From: Octopus sinensis
Taxonomy: Eukaryota
NCBI RefSeq assembly: GCF_006345805.1
Contig: NC_043003.1
Coordinates: 70,494,001 to 70,558,000, forward strand
Direction: 5' to 3'
DNA: 64,000 nucleotides
In this document: positions 24,339 to 36,344 of the stretch, in pieces
How the letters are laid out: each line of letters starts with the position of its first letter
How positions within the stretch are numbered: position 1 is the stretch's first letter
Made by a program: the position numbers and the translations under genes
Notes under the pieces: generated by a model
What the model saw: the letters and a program-made list of their open reading frames with translations, nothing else
What the model was told of the DNA's origin: nothing
Database searches by the model: none

Positions 24339-25103
24339 GGCGGCGAGCTGGCAGAAACGTTAGCACGCTGAGCGAAATGCGTAGCCGTATTTCATCTGCC
24401 GCTACGCTCTGAGTTCAAATTCCGCTGAGATTGACTTTGCCTTTCATCCTTTCGAGGTCGATAAATTAAATACCAGTTACGCACTGGAGTCGATATAATC
24501 GACTTAATGCGTTTGTCTGTCCTTGTTTGTCCCCACTGAGTTTAGCCCCTTGTGGGTAGTAAAGAAGCAGGTATTTCGTCTGCCGCTACATTCTGAGTTC
24601 AAATTCCGCCGAGGTCGACTTTGCCTTTAATCTTTTCGGGCCCGATTGAATAAGTACCAGTTACGCACTGGGGTCGATATAATCGACTTAGTCCGTTTGT
24701 CTTTCCTTGTTTGTCCTCTCTGTGTTTAGCCCCTTGCGGGTAGTAAAGAAACAGAAATAGGTATTTCGTCTGCCGCTACGTTCTGAGCTCAAAATCCGCC
24801 GAGGTCGAATTTGCCTTTCATCCTTTCGGGTCGATGAAATAAGTACCAGTTGCGCACTGGGGTCGATATGATCGACTCAATCCGTTCGCCTGTCCTTGTT
24901 CGTCCTTTCCGGGTTTAGCCCCTTGAGGGTAGTAAGGAAATAGGTATTTTGTCTGCTGTTACGTTCTGAGTTCAAATTCCACCGAGGTCGACTTTGCCGT
25001 TCATCCTTTCGAGGTCGAAAAATTAAGTACCAGTTGCGTACTGGGGTCAATCTAATTGACTGCCCCCCCCGAAAAAATTCGGGCTTTGTGCCTAGAGTAG
25101 AAA
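24339..25103 (+). mobile_element. SINE family A with four tandem internal units
   Basis: One head, four GAGTTCAAATT/core units, one terminal tail. Confidence 0.9.
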
Positions 25104-25120
25104 ATATATACATAATTTAC

Positions 25121-25290
25121 AGCGGCGGGCTGGCAGAAACGTTAGCACGCTGGGCAAAATGCTTAGCGGTATTTCGTCTGCCGCTACGTTCTGAGTTCAA
25201 ATTCCGCCGAATCGACTTTGCCATTCATTCTTTCGGAGTCGATTGATTAAGTACCAGTTACGCACTGGGGTCGATGTAATCGACTTAATA
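25121..25290 (+). mobile_element. SINE family A, second adjacent copy
   Basis: New head GCGGCGGGCTGGCAGAAACGTTAGCACG. Confidence 0.85.
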
Positions 25291-26459
25291 ATGGATTAGG
25301 GCTATGGTAGAAAACACTTGCCCGGGGAACCATGCAGAGGGACTGAACGCGGAACCATGTGGTTGAGAACGCGCAACCATGTGGTTGAGAAGCCATTCTT
25401 GCACCTAATGTGTGTGTGTTTACATTTGTTGTTAAATCGAGTGTTGTGTCCGACTATACTCTAAAGTTAGCAGTTCATCAAGCAGAGCTCTATAAAATAA
25501 ATGCCATATTGAAATACATGCTGAGGTCACTATGATCAATTAAATTTTTGAAGGTGATACCCCATCATAGCAACAGTCAAATGACTAAACCCAGTAAAAT
25601 TATATTTAAAGATTTAATGTCTTCAAATTTACGGTAATGGATTAGTAACCACAAGATGATGTGTTCAAAACTTTGTATTGAACTTCCAACTCTATACGAT
25701 AACATTATATATACATCTCGGTCTACTTGACTTCCAACAGTTAACAATTGCAATTTGAAGTTAAAAGGTTAGCAGTAAGAAAGATGTCTAGATTTCTTTA
25801 AATATTATTGTGCTATATATTCTGAGAAAAAGCATTTTTTCACCACAACAAAACACAGTCACACACACAGAGGTGTCTCTGTGGTAACTTGAGCTACTAC
25901 AAATAGCAACCAGATCTCTCTTAAGACACAGCCTATCATCAAAAGAAAGACACATATTTACAGTATTTTAGGAAGAAAAAAACTATGCGATGTATCTGCT
26001 ACATCAGAGGAAACTCTGGGCTAAACAAAACACAGACAAACATACTTCACATTAAAAGATTATCTGCTAATAATACTAATAAAGTTGACGGCATATTTTC
26101 GAAGTTTCATTCCTTGGTAAAGCTCTATGTATTTTATGATTGTGCCGGCAGAGTTTCATCCCTAGCTAAAAATCTTAAAATTGTGCGATGAGACCTCGTT
26201 TTCGAGGTTATTTTTGTAGTAAAAAAGAGTTGTTGTACAAAACACATAGTTTATTTGGTAGCTGAAAGATTCCTGAATCTTTTGCTATCTCATACGTCAA
26301 ACTCGGGAGCTCAGTTATTGAGTCCATAATGGACATACGCACGCACATACACACACACACGCACACACAAACTCTTTTTTTGATCATATATGATATATAG
26401 CTGTCGTCGAGCACATAAGTCTAGAAAAAATGCTCTTCGATATTTGTCAGTAGAATGGG

Positions 26460-26657
26460 TATATTAATGGAAGTATACAGTATTATATATCCATTACGGC
26501 CGATCTTAGCAATTGGTTTCGCACTAAGGGTTCAACGGAACAATTTCTTTAACAGATACCTCTGAAGAGCGCAGGGTTACATAAGCCGACTGTTACTTAA
26601 CACTCCGTTGAACCCCTAGTGTAAAACTGATTGCTAAAATTGGCCGTAATTACTTCA

Positions 26658-26665
<8 letters not shown>
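26460..26665. repeat. Fold-back element with an HHR-like remnant in the loop
   Basis: TTACGGCCGATCTTAGCAATTGG paired with TGATTGCTAAAATTGGCCGTAA; loop contains CTGAAGA..TAAGCCGA. Confidence 0.8.
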
Positions 26666-26713
<48 letters not shown>

Positions 26714-27860
26714 GGAGAGAGAGTGAAAGCGTGTGTGTGTGTGTGTGTGAGTGAGTGTAAAGACTTCTGCATAAAAAAGCAAGAAATAAGTGTTCGACAG
26801 AAATAAGAGACTATGAATGTGTTTAAATCTGAGATTTCAAATTGTCTGATTCTGAGTTGGATGACCCCACTTTTCCCACGCAATTTAAGGGTTGATACAG
26901 GAAACAATTATATAAAATTATCCAGGTAACGTCAAGAGACACGAAGCATGAATAAATGAATAAAAATAAGATAATGAATGGTACGATTAATAGCAGATAT
27001 TTTATGCTAAATATACGAAAAATATTGAAGGCGGAAAATAACGCCGGGACATTAAGAGTGAGAGCAATCGATGATATATTAAGAAACAATATCGATACCT
27101 ACGAAGCGTTTCGATACTTTCACCCGTTCTCTGTCTAGCTAGCCATCTCTTTCTCCCACTCTGTCTGTCTGTCTGTCTGTCTTTCTCTCTCTTTGTCTCT
27201 GTCTCTCTCTCTCTCTTTGTCAGCATTTACAAAGGCACAAATAATAAGTTTGTAACACAACATACGAAAATGAAAACCACGAATGTAAGAAGAATGCAAG
27301 AGATTTCTCACTGGAAATTATTCTATAGAAAATTTGCCTATTGAAAATTACATTAATATAGTGTATTATAAATATATATTCTTCAATTCAAGCTGTCATT
27401 ATATAAAACATGTTTTTGGTTAACTAAAAATACCAACACAACTTAATTCTGTTGTAACCATGCCCGTAAGCAAATGCAAATGCCACAGCAAATTAAATTA
27501 TTTTAATTAAAGGTGTTGTTACAATTTCTCTCAATTTCAAAATATACATTGAAAGAAAAACTGAAATTTTCCTGTTTCACTTCATGAAAGAATGTGCGAG
27601 TTATACCGTGTCTTAAAATCATCTATTCATTCTGCGAAGTAGGATTTTCATTAGCAGCCTTTATTCAATACAGTGCAGAAATATACTAATATACTACTAG
27701 CAAGGCGGTTTCTATTCAGCCGGCCGTTATCATATTCCATATTGCGCCCGAAAATTCTGTGATAGTATTACGATTCTTTAAATTTTTTTCAGCAAAAGCA
27801 GAAAACCTAACAATATTTTTCTCGCTGCAAAAGCTATTACATTATTTCTTATGTTATTAA

Positions 27861-28250
27861 GGCGGCGAGCTGGCAGAAACGTTAGCACGCCGAGCGAAAT
27901 GCGTAGCCGTATTTCGTCTGCCGTTACGTTCTGAGTTCAAATTCCGCCGAGGTCGACTTTGCCTTTCATCCTTTCGGGGTCAATTAAATAAGTAAAAGTT
28001 ACGTACTGGGGTCGATATAATCCACTTAATCTCCGTTTGTCTGTCCTTGTTCGTCCTCTCTGTGTTTAGCCCCTTGTGGGTAGTAAAGAAATAGGTATTT
28101 CAGCCGTCGCTATGTTCTGGGTTCAAATTCTACCGAAGTTAACTTTGCCTTTCATTTTTTCGCGGTCGATAAATTAAGTACCAGTGAAACACTGGGGTCG
28201 ATATAATCGACTAGTCCCCTCCCCACACTTCTACCGCCACTAGAAAGAAT
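27861..28250 (+). mobile_element. SINE family A with two units
   Basis: Head plus two core units. Confidence 0.9.
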
Positions 28251-29032
28251 TATTTATGTTATTTCTTCAACAGTATATTATTTTGTAGTATGTGTGTTTA
28301 AAAGACACTTTGTGAAGGGATTTAGTCACAGAGGATCATAAATTAATGTAATTGAATTATGCTGTCATTAATGTATCTAATTGTATTTTTTGTTTGAGTT
28401 TTGTCTATTTCGTTTTGTTCTCACTACATATTCATTTATGGTTTCTTTTGATTCGTTATCTCGGTATTCTCATTAATAGTTGTCCGTTACATTTCTGAAA
28501 CTTCGTTCCAAGATAGGAGACGTCAATCAAAAAAGTCACAAAATTCGAAGTCATAGCTTTATATCTGTGTGTATGTTGGCAGGTAGATATGTAGGTAGGT
28601 ATGTAGGAAGGAAGTAAGTAAGTAAGGAAGGAATATAAGGTAGGTAGGTAGGTATAGGCATACATTCACGTGCGCAGATACATACCTACACTCATACACA
28701 CGCGTGCGCGCATATATAACAGAATAAAGACAAAATCCAAATATTGATATTTTCAATGGATTTAATACGCATGTTTCCAGAAGATATGTAAGATATTTCT
28801 TACATAATAATACTCTCACCAGTCTAACCGAACTCGAGTCGAAAAGTTCAGGTAAAGTGTATTGTATCAAAGCATACCTCACATAATATACACAAACACG
28901 GACACTGACACTGATACAAACACACACACATATGTATGTATATATACATATGTGCGTATGGAGAAATTATTCAAAATGAATAAGTAGATGATGAGTAAAG
29001 TACCGTCACAGTTCGAGATCTCTCTCTCTCTG

Positions 29033-29112
<80 letters not shown>

Positions 29113-29562
29113 TTAGTGTATATAATATTTTATAAGCTTAAAGCCTGTAAGCAATAACAATATACTGACTAAAGAAAATTGGGGAAAATAAGCCCGCAAC
29201 GGAAAATAGCGGGTTTTCCCCGTCGGGGGCCTAAATGCCCCATTACTAGACTATTTTCTTCTTCTAAGTTCAAATTCCGCAAAGGCCGAATTTGCATTTT
29301 ATCATTTCTGGGTCGATAAGTTAAATACCAGTTGGATAATGCGGTTGATCTAATCAACTGGTCCTCCCACTAAATATTTCAGGCCCTGTGTCTAGGGTAG
29401 AAAAGAATATTAGACAATTTTCTTTAATCGGTAGACAGTGGTCGATTATAAGTTTTAAGCTTACAAAATAATATTTAGAGGACATGAACATGCTCTTTTG
29501 TTTAAAAATCTCAAACACACGTTATATGTGTGTGTGTATAAATATATATATAATATATATAT

Positions 29563-29594
<32 letters not shown>

Positions 29595-29616
29595 ATATAT
29601 TATATATATATATATA

Positions 29617-29832
29617 TACCGTACCCTTCTCCAAATCGCGGAGACTAGGCGGTACACCTATCGTGCACTCGGTATATCTTAAATTTTTTCTGGCTAATAT
29701 ATGCAAATTTGTATCGCAGACACCTCAGTATATCCGGGTTTCTGATAGGTATTTATATTTTTTTAGATTTTAATTATCTAAGTGGGAGGTTTTGGAACGT
29801 AACACCTGCGATAGTCGAGGGATTACTTTGTA
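29617..29832. mobile_element. pogo/Tigger-like MITE
   Basis: Right end reverse complement TACAAAGTAATCCCTCGACTATCGCAGG; degenerate left end TACCGTACCC..ATCGCGG; TA flanks. Confidence 0.45.
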
Positions 29833-29885
29833 TATGTATATGAAGATATTATCCTATTTTTAAATTATTTATATATATATATATA

Positions 29886-30291
29886 TTTTACTTGTTTCAG
29901 TCATTTTGACTGTGGCCATGCTGGAGCACCGCCTTTAGTCGAGCAAATCGACCCCAGGACTTATTCTTTGTACGCCTAGTACTTATTCTATCGCTCTCTT
30001 TTGCCGAACCGCTAAGTTACGGGGACGTAAACACACCAGCATCGATGTTGGGTGGGGGGGCAACACAGACAAACAAACACACACACACACATACACACAC
30101 ACACACATATATATATATACATATATACGACGGGCTTCTTTCAGTTTCCGTCTACCAAATCCACTCACAAGGCTTTGGTCGGCCCGAAGCTATAGTAGAA
30201 GATACTTGCCCATGGTGCCACGCAGTGGGACTGAACCCGGAACCATGTGGTTGGTAAGCAATCTACTTACCACACAGCCACTCCTGCGCCT
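29886..30291 (-). mobile_element. SINE family B, full length
   Basis: Complete head (AGGCGCAGGAGTGGCTGTGTGGTAAG..GGTTCAGTCCC), central block, microsatellite and 3' module. Confidence 0.92.
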
Positions 30292-30302
30292 ATATATATA
30301 TA

Positions 30303-30685
30303 TCTCTATATATATAAACGGCAGTTTGTCTGTGCGTGTTTCTGTGTGTCTGTTTGCTTGTACCCTCACCCTGACCACGGCTTTCAACCGATTCTGATGA
30401 AACTTGACACACACATAGCCCAATGTCATAATTCAAAACTAACGCAGCGAAAATTTTGAAAAGTTCCCCCAGTTCTGAAAAAAATCGATAAATTCGACAT
30501 GGGGTCGAGAATCAGAAACACAAACCACAAACTGTCTAGGGGACGCAACTCCACCTTTTTAACTCTCAAAAAAAATTTACCATCATTTTTTTCCATTTTT
30601 TTGCTGTTTTTTGGCTATAATTCTCTAAAAATGCTTTATAGTTATTTCCCTTACAAACCTGAGCAACACCGGGCGATACTGCTAG
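30303..30685 (+). mobile_element. Non-autonomous Helitron
   Basis: 5' TCTCTATATATATAAA; 3' hairpin CCTG-AGCAACAC-CGGG then CTAG; sits between A and T with no TSD. Confidence 0.85.
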
Positions 30686-30707
30686 TATATATATATATAT
30701 ATATATA

Positions 30708-31069
30708 TCGTGGTACTCCGTCTGTTAGACGACGAGGCTTCCAGTTAATCCGATCAACGGAACAGTCTGCTCATGAAATCAATGTGCAAGTGGCTGAGCA
30801 CTCCACAGTCACGTGTACCCTTAACGTAGTTCTCGGGGAGATTCAGCGTGACACAGAGTTCAACAAGGCTGGCCCCTTTGAAATACAGGTATAACAGAGA
30901 CGGGAAGAAAGAATGGGAGAAAGTTATGGTGAAAGAGTACAGCAGGGTTCGCTAACACCCCCAGCCGGAGACTCGTGGAGCTTTAGGTGTTTTCGTTTAA
31001 TAAACACTCACAACGCCCGGTCTGGGAATCGAAACCGTTAGCTGGCCTTATCACTGTGCCATTGCGCTC
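30708..31069 (-). mobile_element. SINE with family D head and family C tail
   Basis: 30708-30891 matches 8728-8908; 30940-31069 matches the reverse complement of the 46921 head. Confidence 0.85.
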
Positions 31070-31070
31070 T

Positions 31071-31138
<68 letters not shown>

Positions 31139-32384
31139 CAAGATATCTATCACCACGATGAAGAAAAGAAACTCGAAAATGCAATGCATTTTCGCTCGCA
31201 GAAGGAAAAATGTCTGGCAATTTTTGTTGAAACAATGCAATTTCGGTAGAATATGGAACACCTAAATAGTATATTTCATTAGAAAAGTTTTACGGAAATG
31301 TTTCATCAATATCAATGAAGTTATCATGAATCATACTGAAATTAGTAAGTGGGAATCTGTTACATTTGATAATTAATTAGCTAATTAATTAAATTAATTA
31401 ACTGTATAACATGAGTTATAATTCTTTTAATCATGTAACAGCTTTAAAGCGGCTAGCGAGAAGAGTCGTTAGCGAGTTGGACTAAATTCAGATTTTCTTT
31501 GCCGGTTCTCAACATTCTTAGCTCAAATGCCACCTAAGTCGACTTTGCCTTTCATCTTTTTGGGGTGGGGTCGATAAAATAAGTACCAGTAGGGCACTTG
31601 TGGGGTAGGCGATATAATTGTCAATCCCCTCCACCACAAAAAAAAAACTTCAGGCGTTGTTGTATATTTGAAAGAATTATCTGATGTGGTGAACTAACAG
31701 AATCGTTTTTGCACCTGATAAAATGCTTAGCGGAATTCCTACCGGTTCCTTACCATCTCAGTTCAAATGCTGCCGAGGTCGATAAAATAAATACCAATTA
31801 AGTACTGGTGATCGATTTAATCCACTCACGCTTGCCCTTAAAATTGTTGACTTTGCGCCAAAGTAATAGAGCAGCTTCAAGGCGGCGAGCTGAATTGGAA
31901 AGGTGCTTCGTGGTATCTGAGAAGCTTATTCTTTTGTTAATTAACAATATTTCTAGTATTACGTAATGTGCCTGTTATGCCTTCGTGTTGTAATGAAAAA
32001 AGATTTAAAGTATTAAAAGAGGAAAATAAAGGTTGGATACACATAAATTAGATGTTGAACATATCGATAATTCAATTTTAATTAAATTGTGATAATCAGA
32101 AATAATGAAGCTATATAAACAAAGACGAATGTAATTAGTCGGAAAACATATTTGTATTATTTTTCAATTAGTTACTGTATTATTATAATAAATAAATCAG
32201 CATATTTAACTCAATGAAAATCATACACTACTGTCAGAAGTCCAAACATTTTTGTCTCTTAAACTTTTTTCATTTTCTCTTTATTTTCATCTTTTCCTCT
32301 TGTCTTTGTGCATTGTGTGACGTGTGCAAGGGGTGACATGTCGTTTTGAAGCGACATCGATTCTACATTTATGATGTGTGATTG

Positions 32385-32600
32385 TGGATCCATAATCGGT
32401 GCCGCCAGAAATTGGAGCTTATGAAGTCGTAGAAATTCTCTGACAACTATTTCTCACTCTTTCTGGAGGCATGGCAAGGAACCGAACCCTGCTGTCACAC
32501 ATATGGCCTTCAAATAGATGCCCTCTCTCCAACCAAGATATGAACACAGTCTCCAACAGCCTCTCATAGCCGCTTGAATTGAGCCTAAGGCCCTGTCCTG
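32385..32600 (-). mobile_element. Second maT-like transposase fragment
   Basis: GLRLNSSGYERLLETVFISWLER..RPYV*QQGSVPCHASRKSEK*LSENFYDFISSNFW. Confidence 0.75.
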
Positions 32601-32789
32601 CACTTGTTGAATGAATTTCAGAGGTGTGTTAAAACAGTCAGAACACTTGCAGTGCCCCTTCCTGTTCGCCATGGCTCTTTAGCCTTCCTGCAAACTGTCA
32701 GTGTCACGTCTTACAATCATTAGTATTCACAGAACTTTGAGCTGTATTCATTTTGTCGACATTTTGATGCCCGGCTCGAATCATCATGA

Positions 32790-32975
32790 TACAGATAACT
32801 CTTTTCCAGGTGCAGGTGCAACTGGGTGCCACGTGTCAGATGTCGAAACGATCGCAGAGCAACGTGAAATTAAGTGCTTTACTCAAGGACAAAAATCAAC
32901 GCCTGGTCTGGGAATCGAACCCACGATTTCGCAATTGAGAGTGCTACACCCTAATCACTAAGCCATGCGCCTTCA
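32790..32975 (-). mobile_element. SINE with a C-type head and a different tail
   Basis: GGCGCATGGCTTAGTGATTAGGG..GGTTCGATTCCC..TCCTTGAGTAAAGCACTTAATTTCACGTTGC. Confidence 0.75.
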
Positions 32976-32992
32976 CATACATTAATATATGC

Positions 32993-33023
<31 letters not shown>

Positions 33024-33161
33024 TGTATGTATGTATTATGTATGTATGTATATGTATGTATGTATGTATATGGCGTGAAACTAAGCATTGAAAAGAGCTA
33101 CGTGGGGGGAATGTAATCCATCAAATATATATTAGTTTGACGCTACTACAGAGAAAGACAG

Positions 33162-33197
33162 CCTTAACTTTTCGAACGTTAGTCCTTCATCAGAAGT
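33162..33197 (-). ncRNA. Minimal HHR-like motif
   Basis: CTT CTGATGA A GGA-ctaacg-TTC GAAA AGT T AAG (C15.2 changed to A). Confidence 0.55.
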
Positions 33198-34104
33198 AAA
33201 AGAAAAGAGAAATATATGGATGAGAAATAGGTATATAAAAGAGAAATGAAATGGAAGAATGGCAGCGGGGGAAGGCGAAGTGTTAGAAAACTGGATGGGA
33301 TGTTGTTCTGGAGGAAAGGAAAGGTATATAAATGCTTGTATCAATGTGTATCTGTGTTTGGAATGAGACAGAAAGATTAGTAGTATGTGCATGTGTCTAT
33401 GTGTATGTATGTATGTATTATGATAGATGGATGGATGTTGTGTGTGTGTATGCATGTGCATATATATGTTCAAATGTGGGAGTATTGTGGCGTAAGGTAG
33501 TGTGTATGTTTGTTTGTGAGTGTGTGTGTGCTGGTGTCTGTAATTGTTCATTGTGTATGCGTGTGTGTGTGAGCGTGTGCGTATGCATGTGCATATATAT
33601 GTGCAAGCGTGGGAGTATGGTGACATAAATTAGTGTGTATGTTTGTGTGAGTGTGTATGTATGTGTGTTCTGGTGTGTGTCTGTAATTGTTCATTGTGTA
33701 TGTGTGTGTGTGTGTGCGTGTATGTGTGTGTCTCTAATTGTTCGTTGTGTAGTTTGAAAGCACTTACGTAAGAATATGAGAGGTGGTAAGAGTGTAAGAG
33801 CGAGTAGGAAGAAAATAAATTGTTGACGCACGTACGATAACAAGAGCAAGGTGGAAGGGTGTTATTTCGGTGAATGCAAGTAGGAGGAGAAAAGCATTCT
33901 TTCGGCAAACAAAGAGGAAAAAAATTATGGTAAAATAAAAAAATAAAAAACAAGAATATCGTGAATACTTGAGTCACGTGTTGTGTCTTCTGCATATATT
34001 ATTTGATTAGAATTTCTTGCCTGGTGTAAACACACACAGACATACATAGACGCAGACTCACAAACATACACACACACAGACACACAGACACACACACACA
34101 CATG

Positions 34105-34666
<562 letters not shown>

Positions 34667-34946
34667 TGAAGAGAAAAACAATTATTTTTAAATCTCTGAG
34701 CGAGAAATAAGTAGTAAAAGTACTAGAGAGTAAAGTCTATTTGGTAACGTAAAGTGGCAGTCCTGATTAGTGGGGTGTACTACCTTTTCTAGCCTCAGGA
34801 AAACATATTTTCCAGGTGGCTATCGACGCACGTCTATGTATGTATAATATTATGTACGCAGGTATGTACATATGATATGATATATACGTATGTAAATAGC
34901 CACAGACACACACACACACATACACATACATACATACATACATACA

Positions 34947-34980
<34 letters not shown>

Positions 34981-35589
34981 CACACATATATCTATATCTA
35001 TATATATATAATTACGTATGTATATTCCGTCGCTAATAGCTAATCCATACACACACATACACGTATAGACACACACACAAATATATATAATTATATATGT
35101 ATATTCCTTCGCTAATAAGTAATAGATACATACACACACATAGACACGTATATACTCTCTCTCTCTCCATCTCTCTCTCTCCCCTCTCTCTCTCTCACAT
35201 ACACACATACACACACACGTACACACACACACACACACACACGCACACACACACACACACCACACACACACACACACACCTATTCCTGTATCTATTCTAT
35301 GTGCTGGTGTAGCGTAATAGACGGCTTTGTCTTTCACAGGTATTCTCAGGTAGGTTTTCTGTCGCCGCTTGTCTCTTCATATTAATGACTTTAAACGATT
35401 AACATATTCTATTGTATTTTTTGTACTTTACCTTTCCATCTTCCACCAAGTCTGCTGCGAATAAGTTCCAGGGACGGTGATAGGCGGGTGGTGTTGTTGG
35501 GAGTGGAGTCTACAGCATTTTCGGAATAAATTGCTTAATTTATTTGGGTGGATTTTATTGCAGGATGATAGTTACGTTAGAACCCGCAT

Positions 35590-35765
35590 CACGACAACCA
35601 CCATCTCTGCCAAAATTACCCTCACCACCACAACCACTACCACTATAATCGCCCCACCACCAACACTACCAACACTTCCGTTACTGCCTTCGCCGCCACC
35701 ACAAGCAGTACAACGAACGACAGAGACAGTAGTAGAACTACCACCAACATCAACATAAACTTCTT

Positions 35766-35811
<46 letters not shown>

Positions 35812-35827
35812 AACTACTACTACAACG

Positions 35828-35878
<51 letters not shown>

Positions 35879-35947
35879 ACTACTTCTACTTCTACTACTA
35901 CTACTACTGCTGCTACTACTACTACTACCGCTACTACTACTACTACT

Positions 35948-35978
<31 letters not shown>

Positions 35979-36033
35979 GTAATAATAATAGTAATAATAA
36001 TAATAATAATAATAATATAATAATAATAATAAT
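35590..36033. repeat. Trinucleotide array grading (ACC) to (ACT/GCT) to (AAT)
   Basis: Directly visible. Confidence 0.9.
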
Positions 36034-36034
36034 C

Positions 36035-36243
36035 CGTTCTACTATAGGCACAAAGCCTGAGATTTGGAGGAGGGTACTAGTCGATCACATCGACCCCAAT
36101 ACTTAACTGGTATTGGTATTTCAACAACCCCGAAAGGCTGAAAGGCAAAGTCGACCTCAGTAGAATTTGAACTCAGAATGTAAAGACGAACGAAATACCG
36201 CTAAGCATTTCGTTCAACGTGCTAACGATCCTGCCAGCTCACC
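36035..36243 (-). mobile_element. SINE family A with (ATT)n tail
   Basis: Core motif and head on the minus strand; tail abuts (AAT)n. Confidence 0.85.
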
Positions 36244-36275
36244 TAATAATATTAATAATAATAATAATAATAATG

Positions 36276-36343
<68 letters not shown>

Positions 36344-36344
<1 letters not shown>

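Noticed and set aside
24339-25103. Regularly spaced repeats as a possible CRISPR array (also the 20-mers at 39941-40040)
   Set aside because: No unique spacers, eukaryotic context, no cas genes; the units are SINE internal duplications or a head-to-tail minisatellite
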